Assembly: GCF_004010195.1 (NCBI RefSeq)
Contig: NC_057718.1
Span: 52,270,518 to 52,308,303 of the forward strand
Source of the DNA: Chiloscyllium plagiosum
Taxonomy: Eukaryota
DNA: 37,786 nt
Reading direction: 5' to 3'
Shown here in pieces: positions 36,881 through 37,786 of this stretch. The notes under the pieces are model-generated. The model ran no database searches. It was not told where the DNA came from and saw only the letters and a list, made by a program, of their open reading frames with translations. A program made the translations under genes and the position numbers. Numbering within the stretch: position 1 is the stretch's first letter; each line of letters opens with the position of its first letter.

Positions 36881-37786
36881 TCATAAGACCATAAGACCAT
36901 AAGACATAGGAGTGGAAGTAAGGCCATTCGGCCCATCGAGTCCACTCCGCCATTCAATCATGGCTGATGGGCATTTCAACTCCACTTACCCGCATTCTCC
37001 CTGTAGCCCTTAATTCCTTGTGACATCAAGAATTTATCAATTTCTGTCTTGAAGACATTTAGCGTCCCAGCCTCCACTGCACTCTGTGACAATGAATTCC
37101 ACAGGCCCGCCACTCTCTGGCTAAAGAAATGTCTCCGCATTTCTGTTCTGAATTTACCCCCTCTAATTCTAAGGCTGTGTCCACGGGTCCTAGTCTCCTC
37201 GTCTAATGGAAACAATTTCCTAGCGTCCACCCTCTCCAAGCCATGTATTATCTTGTAAGTTTCTATTAGATCTCCCCTTAATCTTCTAAACTCCAATGAA
37301 TACAATCCCAGGATCCTCAGCCGTTCCTCATATGTTACACCTACCATTCCAGGGATCATCTGTGTGAATCTCCGCTGGACACGCTCCAGTGCCAGTATGT
37401 CCTTCCTGAGGTGTGGGGACCAAAACTGGACACAGTACTCCAATGGGGCCTAACCAGAGCTTTATAAAGTCTCAGTAGCACAACAGTGCTTTTATATTCC
37501 AACCCTCTTGAGATAAATGGTAACATTGCATTCGCTTTCTTAATCACGGACTCAACCTGCATGTTTACCTTTACAGAATCCTCAACTAGCACTCCCAGAT
37601 CCCTCTGTACTTTGGCTTTACAAATTTTCTCACCGTTTAGAAAGTAACCCATGCTTGTATTCTTTTTCCCAAAGTGCAAGACCTCACATTTGCGCACATT
37701 GAATTCCATCAACCATTTCCTGGACCACTCCTCCAAACTGTCTAGATCCTTCTGCAGCCTCCCCACTTCCTCAGCACTACCTGCCT
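36881..37786 (-). mobile_element. Relatively young CR1 LINE 3' part, runs off the window end
   Basis: LQKDLDSLEEWSRKWLMEFN, EYCVQFWSPHLRKDI...FFSQRVAGLWNSL; (taagacca)n tail; one frameshift. Confidence 0.96.

Overview
Repeat-dense, AT-rich eukaryotic DNA. The repeat repertoire (HE1-type V-SINEs, Deu-type SINE relics, many CR1 LINEs, Penelope-like termini) points to a cartilaginous fish, probably a shark (inference). Nearly every long ORF is a retrotransposon remnant. Main elements: a full-length decayed L1-clade LINE (14948-21505, -) with an 11-bp TSD and two nested inserts (a CR1 3' piece and a SINE with a 4x repeated A-box); a near full-length CR1 with a zinc-finger/SGNH-esterase ORF1 (~32629-36770, -); several truncated CR1s; a solo LTR with a TATT TSD nested in an older LTR-like repeat; Penelope-like fragments carrying degenerate hammerhead-ribozyme cores; and a tRNA-Val pseudogene. 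No host gene could be identified; a weak set of phase-compatible minus-strand exon candidates lies at 27.1-31.9 kb. The most distinctive unexplained signal is a cluster of short templated insertions (copied from 1.5-2.5 kb away or by fold-back), resembling template-switch or polymerase-theta repair scars. I found no evidence for a new protein-coding system.
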